NCBI GenBank assembly: GCA_041671305.1
Contig: JBAZBX010000001.1
Coordinates: 40,821 to 104,820 of the forward strand
DNA from: Patescibacteria group bacterium
Lineage (GTDB): Bacteria; Patescibacteriota; Patescibacteriia; 2-01-FULL-39-33
Direction of reading: 5' to 3'
DNA: 64,000 nucleotides
Shown here: positions 17,249 to 25,464 of the stretch, piece after piece
How the letters are laid out: each line of letters opens with the position of its first letter
Position numbering within the stretch: position 1 is the first letter of the stretch
Position numbers and translations under genes: made by a program
The notes under the pieces: generated by a model
Told to the model about the DNA's origin: nothing
Databases searched by the model: none
What the model saw: only the letters and a program-made list of their open reading frames with translations

Positions 17249-17730
17249 AGATTGTTTTGATTTTTTTCCTCTTTGGCTTGCGCCAAAATTTTATCGGTTT
17301 TAATTTTTGCCGTTTGCTCCAGAAAAAACTTATTGATTCCTGGAATCATTTTGAGCCAATCTTTGATCAGCTGGAAAATCTTTTTAATTTTAATTTTGGG
17401 CTGATGCATGAGCCTGATAATCAAATTTGTGGCTTCCTCGCCCTTAACCTTGAATTTTTGCTGTTCAATAGGCATCATTTTGACATACATGTCCTCCAAA
17501 CCTTCTTCAAGTATAAATTCCACTTTCTTAAATTCTTGTTCTTGTGGCGTAAGAGGAGCCGGAGGCGCAGAAAAATGCTGAGGCAATTCCATACCCACAG
17601 TCTCTTCGGCCTGCTCTCTGGAACCGCCGATCTCATGCATGCCTTCTGGACGAAAATTACTTTCACCGCTATCGGGCACTTCCGGCGTTGGCAACTGCTC
17701 AATTATTTTTTCTGGATTTGGATTAACCAT
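17239..17730 (-). CDS. Hypothetical protein overlapping the coupling-protein start by 10 nt (probably co-transcribed)
   Basis: 163-aa ORF, acidic and Pro-rich; the stop overlaps the downstream start. Confidence 0.4.
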   Translation of the reverse strand: MVNPNPEKIIEQLPTPEVPDSGESNFRPEGMHEIGGSREQAEETVGMELPQHFSAPPAPLTPQEQEFKKVEFILEEGLEDMYVKMMPIEQQKFKVKGEEATNLIIRLMHQPKIKIKKIFQLIKDWLKMIPGINKFFLEQTAKIKTDKILAQAKEEKNQNNLWN

Positions 17731-17784
17731 TTTTTATTTCTGAAAGTTATTAACATTAATATTATAGCATAAAATAATTATTTA

Positions 17785-18768
17785 TTGTATAATATTTATA
17801 TGAGTAAAAATATTGCCATACGTCCAGAGCACAGAAATATTTCCAACCTTCAATCCACGGCTGGCAAGTTGAGTTGGATAAATATTACTAATGCCAAAAC
17901 CAAGGAAATTGATTATTTAAAACGTAAATTTAAATTTTTGGATTGCGATCTCAAAGATACTCATTCCAAAAGAATTTCTCAACGCCCCAAATTTTATGTG
18001 AGAAACAATTATTGTTTTCTCATACTCCAATTTCCTATCTATAATCCCAAAACCAGGACCATAGACGCCGAAGAAATAGATTTTTTTATCGGCTCTGACT
18101 ATATTATTTCTATTCATAGAGACGTCTTGCCTCCATTGGTTGAGCTCTTCAACAAATGCAGTAACGATCGCTTTTTTAAGGATCAATACCTCAACAGTAC
18201 GAATTCAATCCTGTTGTATGAAATTCTTACCCGCCTTCATGAATATTGCTATCCCATATTGGATCACATCAGCCTGGATATCAAAAATTTAGAAGGCAAC
18301 ATTTTTACTGGCAGAGAGCGCCGAATGGTGACAGAAATCCTTTTTATCAGAAGAAATCTATTGAATTTCCGAAAAATGATGCAGCCGCACAAAACCATTA
18401 TTCAAAAAATAGCCAAAAAAGAAATTTCTTTCTTGTCCATGACCGGCAGCAAGGAATATTTTGACGATCTCATAGAAAACACCAAGGATATTTGGGATAA
18501 TTTAAACAGCCAAAAGGAAACATTGGAAGCGCTTGAAGACACCAACACCTCGCTGGTCTCTTTCAAGCTAAACGATATTATGCGCACGCTGACTATTTTC
18601 TCGGTCATAATTTTTCCGCTTACCCTCTTTGCTGGTATTTTCAGCATGGGTATTCGCGGTGGCATGCCTTTTTCAGAATCACCTTATGGTTTTTGGATTA
18701 TAATAGGAATTATGGCCATGGGAGCTATTACCATGTTTGTTTTCTTCAAAAAAAGAAAATGGATGTAA
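17785..18768 (+). CDS. CorA-family magnesium/cation transporter-like protein with a non-canonical GMN loop
   Basis: 327 aa; two C-terminal TM helices; KKRKWM tail; the loop reads AGIFSMGIRGGMPF instead of AGIYGMNF. Confidence 0.55.
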   Translation: MYNIYMSKNIAIRPEHRNISNLQSTAGKLSWINITNAKTKEIDYLKRKFKFLDCDLKDTHSKRISQRPKFYVRNNYCFLILQFPIYNPKTRTIDAEEIDFFIGSDYIISIHRDVLPPLVELFNKCSNDRFFKDQYLNSTNSILLYEILTRLHEYCYPILDHISLDIKNLEGNIFTGRERRMVTEILFIRRNLLNFRKMMQPHKTIIQKIAKKEISFLSMTGSKEYFDDLIENTKDIWDNLNSQKETLEALEDTNTSLVSFKLNDIMRTLTIFSVIIFPLTLFAGIFSMGIRGGMPFSESPYGFWIIIGIMAMGAITMFVFFKKRKWM

Positions 18769-18778
18769 ATTGTTAATT

Positions 18779-18808
18779 CAAAAAACCGCCTTTTGGGCGG
18801 ATTTTTTT
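18779..18808. terminator. Bidirectional terminator hairpin
   Basis: AACCGCC-TTTT-GGGCGGA followed by a run of T, between convergent genes. Confidence 0.55.
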
Positions 18809-19430
18809 ATTCCTTTTCTGGATGTTTTGTAATTATCATTCTGTAATCTCTGCCGGGAACTGATTCCAACACAATATCGGCCTGTTCCCTAAAATCAGAA
18901 ATTATTTTTCTGAATGTTTTATCCTCTTGCAATAGAGAGAGTATAGGATAAAAATAAGCACTCCCACCTGGCTTAAGAGTTCGAATAACTTCACTAAAAG
19001 TATCCCTATATTCCTGCTCATGCGTCTGCAAAAAAAACGGTATTGCCAAATAAGATATTTCAAAGTCAAAAGTATCATCTTTAAATGGCATTTCCTGCAC
19101 TAATCCAGATATGACATCGCCATGATGCTTCTTTCTTTCGTTAGAACTAAATAATGTGCCCAAGGCTGGATTTAAAGATATCACCTCAATGCCGTGCTTT
19201 TCCGCCTCTTTGGAAAATACGCCCTCTGACCCGGAGCCAATATCTAATCCACACATACCCTTCATATCGTCGATTGGTAAATTAAGTATTTCACGAGTCT
19301 CCTCAAAGGACCAATTTGTTTGGGCTTCTCTTCTTTTAAGCGGATCCTTGAAATCTTCAATCCGAGTCTTTCTATTAAATGGCTTTTCTTCGTTGGTAGC
19401 TAAAAAACTAGTCTCTCTATTTTCTATCAT
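18807..19430 (-). CDS. Class I SAM-dependent methyltransferase
   Basis: Motif I LDIGSGSEG plus acidic motif II. Confidence 0.65.
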   Translation of the reverse strand: MIENRETSFLATNEEKPFNRKTRIEDFKDPLKRREAQTNWSFEETREILNLPIDDMKGMCGLDIGSGSEGVFSKEAEKHGIEVISLNPALGTLFSSNERKKHHGDVISGLVQEMPFKDDTFDFEISYLAIPFFLQTHEQEYRDTFSEVIRTLKPGGSAYFYPILSLLQEDKTFRKIISDFREQADIVLESVPGRDYRMIITKHPEKE

Positions 19431-20497
19431 ATATTTTTACAAACATTTTTTATATCTTTCAACGACTCCACTGTCACGAGCTGACTTCGCAATTCCTTGG
19501 CATTTTCCCAGCCCTTCACATACCACAGCAGATGTTTTCTCAACTCTATTATACCATGAGTGTCTTTGGATTTAAATGCCGCTTCGGCGTGCTGGATTAT
19601 GACCTTCTTAATTTTGGCTTTATCAAATTTCTGATATTTTCCCGTATTTAGATAATCCTTGATCTGCTTAAATATCCAAGGCTTGCCATAAACTCCGCGA
19701 GCAATGCCGAATCCATCAACTCCGGTTTTTTCCCACATGATTTTTGCATCCATAGGAACATTTATGCCACCATTTCCAAGTACTATGCCTGGAAATTCTT
19801 TTTTGATCTTTTTTATCATCTCATAATCAATCTCGGCATTAAACGGATTTTCATACGGCCGGCCGTGAATCATAATGGCGGAAATATTTAATCCTTTCAT
19901 TTTTTTGACAAAATCAAGCGCGGTTATAATCTTATTATCTTTTTTATAATTGTCATCCCGAGGGAGGATGTAATCAGCCGACCGTGGGGATCCCGCGGGA
20001 TTGCCACACTTCGCCCTTGAGGGCTCGCTCGCAATGACATTGATACTAGATCTTATTTTGACAGAAACTGGCAATTTTGTCCCCGAGAGAACCGCTTCTA
20101 CTATTTCTCTACATTTTTCTAAATCTCGCATCAAAGTCACCCCACCGCCATGTCCAGCAACTTTCTTGGCTGGACAGCCAAAATTAATGTCTATGCCATC
20201 AAAACCGGCCTTTTCTGCCAGTTGTGCCGCCTTAGTAAATTTCTCCGGATGTTTACCGAATAATTGAATTACAATCGGACGTTCATCTTTGGAAAATTTT
20301 AAAAATTCCAAAGTCTTTTTGGAATCATAGTGCAAACCGTCGGCCGAAACCATTTCCGTATAAACCACATCAGCGCCGTATTTCCTGCAGATTTGGCGAA
20401 AAGCCGAATCAGTCACTCCCGCCATAGGAGCAAGCGCTAGAATTGGTTTTTTCTTTAGTCCGCCTGTGGCAGAAAGTTTTGACCAAAAATTTTTCAT
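19427..20497 (-). CDS. tRNA-dihydrouridine synthase (Dus family) carrying an in-frame 30-codon insertion
   Basis: ALAPMAGVTDSAFR...FDGIDINFGCPAKKV...GGGVTLM TIM-barrel Dus motifs. The extra SINVIASEPSRAKCGNPAGSPRSADYILPRDDNYKK segment is encoded by the palindrome at 19951-20039. Confidence 0.85.
   Translation of the reverse strand: MKNFWSKLSATGGLKKKPILALAPMAGVTDSAFRQICRKYGADVVYTEMVSADGLHYDSKKTLEFLKFSKDERPIVIQLFGKHPEKFTKAAQLAEKAGFDGIDINFGCPAKKVAGHGGGVTLMRDLEKCREIVEAVLSGTKLPVSVKIRSSINVIASEPSRAKCGNPAGSPRSADYILPRDDNYKKDNKIITALDFVKKMKGLNISAIMIHGRPYENPFNAEIDYEMIKKIKKEFPGIVLGNGGINVPMDAKIMWEKTGVDGFGIARGVYGKPWIFKQIKDYLNTGKYQKFDKAKIKKVIIQHAEAAFKSKDTHGIIELRKHLLWYVKGWENAKELRSQLVTVESLKDIKNVCKNI
19951..20039. 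repeat. 89-bp GC-rich imperfect palindromic element inserted in-frame in dus (RPE/MITE-like)
   Basis: TGTCAT...ATCCCGCGGGAT...ATGACA. About 60% GC against AT-rich flanks. The length is a multiple of 3 and the reading frame is preserved. Confidence 0.6.
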
Positions 20498-20579
20498 TAT
20501 TATATATTGACAGAATATTTAATTTAAAATAAGGTAAATTATAGTACACTTAACAATTCACCCTGAGGGAGAAAAAAAC

Positions 20580-20741
20580 ATGAAATCTGTTCCATGGGAC
20601 TTCAAACTTATGCTGGGATTTTTGGGATTATTTCTCCTGGTCATTATAGTACAGGAGGCATGGGAGCTTATCCACATCCCGTGGGTTTACAACCTGCTCA
20701 TGAGAATAGGCGAAGGTTTGTCGGCTCTCAATCGCAGTTAA
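20580..20741 (+). CDS. Possible small membrane protein (53 aa), not in the ORF track
   Basis: GAGGGAG lies 8 nt upstream of the ATG; hydrophobic core FLGLFLLVIIV. Confidence 0.25.
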   Translation: MKSVPWDFKLMLGFLGLFLLVIIVQEAWELIHIPWVYNLLMRIGEGLSALNRS

Positions 20742-20802
20742 ATCTGCGGCCACACGACGACAACTTGCACCTGGAGCGACACCCTCTCGCTTCCGGTGCT
20801 TT

Positions 20803-22170
20803 TTATTTTTTCTTCAAATTATACCCTTCGGGAGTATCTTCAATAATATATCCGAGTTTATTTATCTCATCTCTTAACTCATCAGATTTCTTAAAATCCT
20901 TGGACTTCTTCGCTTCTATTCTCTGTTCGGCTAGATCAGTTACTTTTTGAGGGATTTCTTCTATCTCAATTTTATCCAAATTTAATCCTAAAACTCTATC
21001 AAAATCCAAAAGTGTGGCTTTCTTGTCTTCGTCGGCAATATCGCTTTTTATAACCTCCCAAACCAAGGCCATCACCTGTGGCATCGCCAAATCATCATTT
21101 ATTAATCCAATAAATTTATTCTGAAATTCTTTATTAATTTTTCCTACCTTATCAATTCCCGCTACAAAATCATTCAACTTCATTCTGGCTGTCTTGGCGC
21201 CTTCAAGCCCTGCCCAAGTGAAGTTCAATTGGCTACGATAATGCGATGTTAAAAATAAATATCTTAAATCAAGAGCCACGAAGCCTTTTTCTTCCAAATC
21301 CTGCAACCGATAAAAATTATTTTTTGACTTGCTCATTTTTTCACCTTCAACCATCAAAAATCTAGTGTGAAACCAATAATCAACAAACTTGACCCCATTA
21401 GCGCACTCGCTTTGAGCAATTTCACATTCATGATGCGGAAAAATATTATCCTCACCGCCAGTATGAACATCAAAGGTTTTTCCCAAATACTTCATGGACA
21501 TAGCACTACATTCAATATGCCAACCAGGAAATCCTTTATGGCCGAATGCATCCCACTCCATCTGTCTTTTTTCACCCTCAGCTGAAAATTTCCATAATGC
21601 AAAATCGGTTGGATTTTTCTTTTCCGGATTAATCTCCACTCTGGCGCCTTCTTTCAATTTATCCAAAGTATTGCCAGATAATTGGCCATATTGTGAAAAC
21701 TTACTAGTATCAAAATAAATACCGTCGGATGTTTGATATCCATAACCCTTATCAATCAAGACTTGGACTAATTCAATCATTTCTTGAATGTGATCAGTCG
21801 CCTTGCAAATTACATTCGGTTCCAAAAAATTCAACTTTTTTCTATTGGCCAAATAAATCTCAGTAAAATATTCAGCAATTTCATGAGCGCTTTTACCGCC
21901 AGCTTTGGCCGCTTTTTCCAATTTATCCTCACCTGTATCGCCATCAGAAGTTAAGTGCCCCACATCGGTAATATTCATTACGTGCCCAACATTATATCCG
22001 CTATATTCAAAGACACGACGCAAAATATCGGAATTAAAATAATTCCAAGCGTGCCCCAAATGATCATAGCTATAAACGGTCGGACCGCAAGTATACATGC
22101 CAACCTGGCCTTTTTTGAGCGGTTTAAAGTCTTCTTTCTTTCTACTTAAGGTATTGTAAATCTGAAGCAT
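20803..22170 (-). CDS. cysS: Cysteine--tRNA ligase
   Basis: HLGHA (HIGH) and KMSKS motifs with a CysRS Zn-binding cysteine pattern; 455 aa. Confidence 0.95.
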   Translation of the reverse strand: MLQIYNTLSRKKEDFKPLKKGQVGMYTCGPTVYSYDHLGHAWNYFNSDILRRVFEYSGYNVGHVMNITDVGHLTSDGDTGEDKLEKAAKAGGKSAHEIAEYFTEIYLANRKKLNFLEPNVICKATDHIQEMIELVQVLIDKGYGYQTSDGIYFDTSKFSQYGQLSGNTLDKLKEGARVEINPEKKNPTDFALWKFSAEGEKRQMEWDAFGHKGFPGWHIECSAMSMKYLGKTFDVHTGGEDNIFPHHECEIAQSECANGVKFVDYWFHTRFLMVEGEKMSKSKNNFYRLQDLEEKGFVALDLRYLFLTSHYRSQLNFTWAGLEGAKTARMKLNDFVAGIDKVGKINKEFQNKFIGLINDDLAMPQVMALVWEVIKSDIADEDKKATLLDFDRVLGLNLDKIEIEEIPQKVTDLAEQRIEAKKSKDFKKSDELRDEINKLGYIIEDTPEGYNLKKK

Positions 22171-22311
22171 ATTTGATTTTTATTAATTAAACTAATTTTA
22201 GAATTTTTTGGGCTTTTTGGCAAGTTTTGTCAAATAAAAAGAAGGCTTGAGTAAGGATTATCGTCTCCAATACTCAAGCCTCAAAAAGGGGGCTACCAGC
22301 GGATTATCCAC

Positions 22312-22692
22312 CTACCTCACTGCCAGCTCGTGAGCCGGCCGTTGTGCTTTGTGATACATCCCAGTCATCACCTTCTCTCCGTCCGTCAAGCTGCACACAG
22401 CACACAGCACATACTTCGGGAAAATTTGACTTCCCCTGAATTGTCCACACGCATCACAAAGTTCCATTGCAGCCCGAAGATTGGCCTGAGCATGCTCCTT
22501 TGCTCCCTCCGAGCCAAATTCAACTATCCACTGAGCTGCCCGACGCAACCGAGAGTTATTGATACAGGGATCTTCAACGCCGTCCCTGTCCGGACTATTC
22601 AATAGCTCCTCCGCCTTGTCCAAACAACCAAGAACTCCGCGCGCGTCTTGAATGCGCTTCTGTTTCTCATCACAACAAACCAACTCCGACAT
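22312..22692 (-). CDS. Cysteine-rich hypothetical protein (GC-rich island)
   Basis: GGAAGGAG lies 8 nt upstream of the ATG; 126 aa with about 9 Cys including CDACG and CAVC pairs; GC about 55%. Confidence 0.5.
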   Translation of the reverse strand: MSELVCCDEKQKRIQDARGVLGCLDKAEELLNSPDRDGVEDPCINNSRLRRAAQWIVEFGSEGAKEHAQANLRAAMELCDACGQFRGSQIFPKYVLCAVCSLTDGEKVMTGMYHKAQRPAHELAVR

Positions 22693-23152
22693 GTTTCATT
22701 CTCCTTCCAACGTCTGAACCCTAAAATGTACGACACAAAACAAAAAATCAGCTCCGACCGACAGGGTGGGCTGACTGACTCTCTTATCTAAATTCTTCTA
22801 GACAACGTCAATACTTCCACCCCTGGGCAAGAGTAGCAACAAGCCTAACAAATTTTGAGTGAAAGTTTTATTCATATACTTATATAAGTATAATAGCAAA
22901 TATATCAGAAAAGTCAAATACCTTCTTTATCTCAAAGCCACTTTTCTAGAAAAGTGGCGCAAAAGTCGCAAGCAGACAAAATCATGGCCAAATTTTCTCT
23001 GCATTCGCTAAGCCACATGCGCCACTGCTGTGGCTATATGTTGGCTTTTAACGCTCATGCTTAGAGAAAATTGGCACCCGCCCGAACGTACCGTTCGGTA
23101 CGGGCGGGCAATATTTTGTAATGCTTGCATGGGTGCAGAAAGTTGAATTTGA

Positions 23153-23186
23153 ATAAAAACCCGCACCCTAAATCGATGGGTGCGGA
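23153..23186 (-). terminator. Rho-independent terminator (minus strand)
   Basis: CCGCACCC-taaatcgat-GGGTGCGG followed by a T-run on the minus strand, after the stop at 23212. Confidence 0.65.
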
Positions 23187-23211
23187 CTGTAACGCGTGTT
23201 GAAATGTTTCA

Positions 23212-23553
23212 CTATTGGGCGAAGAAAGCCTTGCGGATTTTCCGTCCCACGGAGGAAAGTATCTTCTCGAGATCATGGGGCATGTCTTCACAGGACATAG
23301 TGAGGGCAAAATAATTTCCGCTCTTCTGCTCGATGAAGCTTTCAAGATTGATTGACTCGCCATTGTTTGTCATGGAGTCAAGGGCGAGTTTGATTTTTGC
23401 CCAATTTTCCATATTTTGCGGATGCAGTTCGAAATACATGATCCATTTATCCGCACTTGGGCGCCTGGAAGCTGCAACGACTCGCCACTCTTCAGATCCG
23501 CCCACACTACAGACGGGAGCTATCCTCAAATTGCCAATTTTTCGTATTCGCAT
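23212..23553 (-). CDS. Hypothetical protein (GC-rich island)
   Basis: AAGGAGG lies 7 nt upstream of the internal ATG (MRIRKIG...). The longest ORF extends to 23673. Confidence 0.4.
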   Translation of the reverse strand: MRIRKIGNLRIAPVCSVGGSEEWRVVAASRRPSADKWIMYFELHPQNMENWAKIKLALDSMTNNGESINLESFIEQKSGNYFALTMSCEDMPHDLEKILSSVGRKIRKAFFAQ

Positions 23554-23769
23554 CGCTTGTTCCTCCTTTGGTTGTGCGACGGAATCTCGTATGTTTTGAG
23601 AGCACGGCTGCTCTAAGGAACTATTCCTCGGAAAAGCAGTTAATTTAACGACCTTACCGAGAAATGGTTTCATATTATAATATAATAAATTTAGACAAAT
23701 GTCAAAATTCTCGTAAGTTGTAATTAAATATTTTTATATTATGTATTTTTTAAAAAGCACAAATATCTA

Positions 23770-23945
23770 AGCAAGATTGGGGTTTGGGGGAAGCACCTTT
23801 CGCCAAAGCGCGAGTGTAAGCCGAACCTCAGCCAGCAGGATGAGGTGAGCGAAACGAAGCGCGACTAAGCAAGATAAAGAACACTCCGAGCATAAGGCGA
23901 AATTGCGTCCCCCAAAAGCTTTGGTCCTTTCGCTTACGAAAGGAC
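23770..23945 (+). ncRNA. Copy 2 of the ~180-nt structured element, about 75 nt upstream of metA
   Basis: About 98% identical to copy 1 over the body. The 3' hairpin GTCCTTTC-gcttac-GAAAGGAC carries compensatory T>C and A>G changes relative to copy 1. Confidence 0.45.
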
Positions 23946-24019
23946 AGAAGAAATATTTGACCAAATCCGGAAACCATTGATATAATTAACTAGATTTAGT
24001 TAATAATCCATTATTCATT

Positions 24020-24928
24020 ATGCCAGTAAACGTCCCCGACAGTCTCCCAGCCGTAGGAATCCTAAAAAAGGAAAATATTTTTGTCATGGAGCAATCACGC
24101 GCCTCACATCAAGATATTCGTCCACTACGTATTGCCATTGTAAATATCATGCCTCTCAAATTAGTCACGGAAACACAACTTCTGCGCCAGCTTTCTAATT
24201 CCCCGCTTCAAGTGGAAATTGACTTGGTTCATATGGCCGAACACCAGTCCAAAAACACTCCCAAAGAACATTTGGATTTTTTCTACAAAACATTTGATCA
24301 AATCAAAAATCAGAAATACGACGGCCTGATTATTACCGGCGCGCCAGTGGAAATGATAAATTTTGAGGAAGTTGATTATTGGCCGGGCATCACAAAAATA
24401 ATGGAATGGAGCAAAACCAACGTGACTTCTACACTCCACATCTGCTGGAGCGCGCAAGCCGGATTATATTATCATTACGGAATCAACAAACATCCCCTGG
24501 AGGAGAAAATGTTCGGGGTTTTCTGGCACAAAGTCAATGATTCAAAATGTTTGCTGATGAGAGGATTTGATGATCAATTTCTGGCGCCTCACTCCAGACA
24601 TACTGGCCTAGACCGTAATGATATTATAAATAATAAAAACATTAAGCTTGTCGCCGAGTCAATTGAAGCTGGGCCGTACATTATTGTATCGCGCGATCAT
24701 AAACAAATCTTTGTGACTGGACACAGCGAATATGACGCGCTCACCCTCAAAGGAGAATATAATAGAGACATTGAAAGAGGATTAAACATAAATATTCCCA
24801 ACAATTATTTTCCTAATGACGATCCGACCAGACAGCCGGAAGTGCTTTGGCGCTCTCATGCCAATCTGCTTTTTTCCAATTGGCTTAATTATTACGTTTA
24901 TCAAGAAACTCCATTTGATTGGAGTTAA
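24020..24928 (+). CDS. metA: Homoserine O-acyltransferase (MetA family, HTS/HTA)
   Basis: Near-colinear with E. coli MetA: [23 protein letters not shown]...ITGAPVE...[12 protein letters not shown]...FLAPHSRH. Confidence 0.9.
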   Translation: MPVNVPDSLPAVGILKKENIFVMEQSRASHQDIRPLRIAIVNIMPLKLVTETQLLRQLSNSPLQVEIDLVHMAEHQSKNTPKEHLDFFYKTFDQIKNQKYDGLIITGAPVEMINFEEVDYWPGITKIMEWSKTNVTSTLHICWSAQAGLYYHYGINKHPLEEKMFGVFWHKVNDSKCLLMRGFDDQFLAPHSRHTGLDRNDIINNKNIKLVAESIEAGPYIIVSRDHKQIFVTGHSEYDALTLKGEYNRDIERGLNINIPNNYFPNDDPTRQPEVLWRSHANLLFSNWLNYYVYQETPFDWS

Positions 24929-24939
24929 ATTAAAAATAT

Positions 24940-25464
24940 ATGACCAAATCAATTGACTTGGAATTTGAAAAAGCAATACGATTTCTAGTTAAATATATGC
25001 CAGTTTCTGACAAGAATAGCCGAAAACCTATTTTAGCCCATGGTATCCGCGTTGGAGTTTATCTTTATGAAAATAATTATTCACAAGATATTATTATAGC
25101 TGGACTTTTACATGACACTATAGAATGGTCCAAAGCTAGCAAAGGTATAATAAAAAAAGAATTCGGCAATAATATAACTAAGCTGATTTTAGCCAACACT
25201 AAAAAAGATTCCATCATAGATAAAGAAGAAAAAACCAACGAACTTATCAAACGTTGCATTAAAAACGGCCAAGACGCTTTGATTGTCAAAACGGCTGATA
25301 TAATTGATAGTTTCAAATGGTATTCAAAACAGAATAATAAGGATCAGCTAGGATATTGCATGAGAAATGCCAATGCAATTCTTAAATTCAAACCGAGTAA
25401 TTTTCATGACAACATATTTGGCGAACTAAAAAAGTGGCAAAAAAAATTTAATAATCTAAGCTAA
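24940..25464 (+). CDS. HD-domain phosphohydrolase-like protein
   Basis: H...HD motif (LAHGIRV...GLLHDTIEW); 174 aa. Confidence 0.55.
   Translation: MTKSIDLEFEKAIRFLVKYMPVSDKNSRKPILAHGIRVGVYLYENNYSQDIIIAGLLHDTIEWSKASKGIIKKEFGNNITKLILANTKKDSIIDKEEKTNELIKRCIKNGQDALIVKTADIIDSFKWYSKQNNKDQLGYCMRNANAILKFKPSNFHDNIFGELKKWQKKFNNLS

Noticed and set aside
20594-20950. 118-aa ORF in the track
   Set aside because: It overlaps the 3' end of cysS in another frame. A shorter same-region ORF (20580..20741) with a ribosome-binding site is more plausible, though still weak.
23770-23945. Calling element copy 2 a SAM-I or SAM-II riboswitch because it precedes metA
   Set aside because: No S-box or SAM-II consensus was recognized. 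The same element precedes unrelated genes at 13.3 kb. Kept as unknown.
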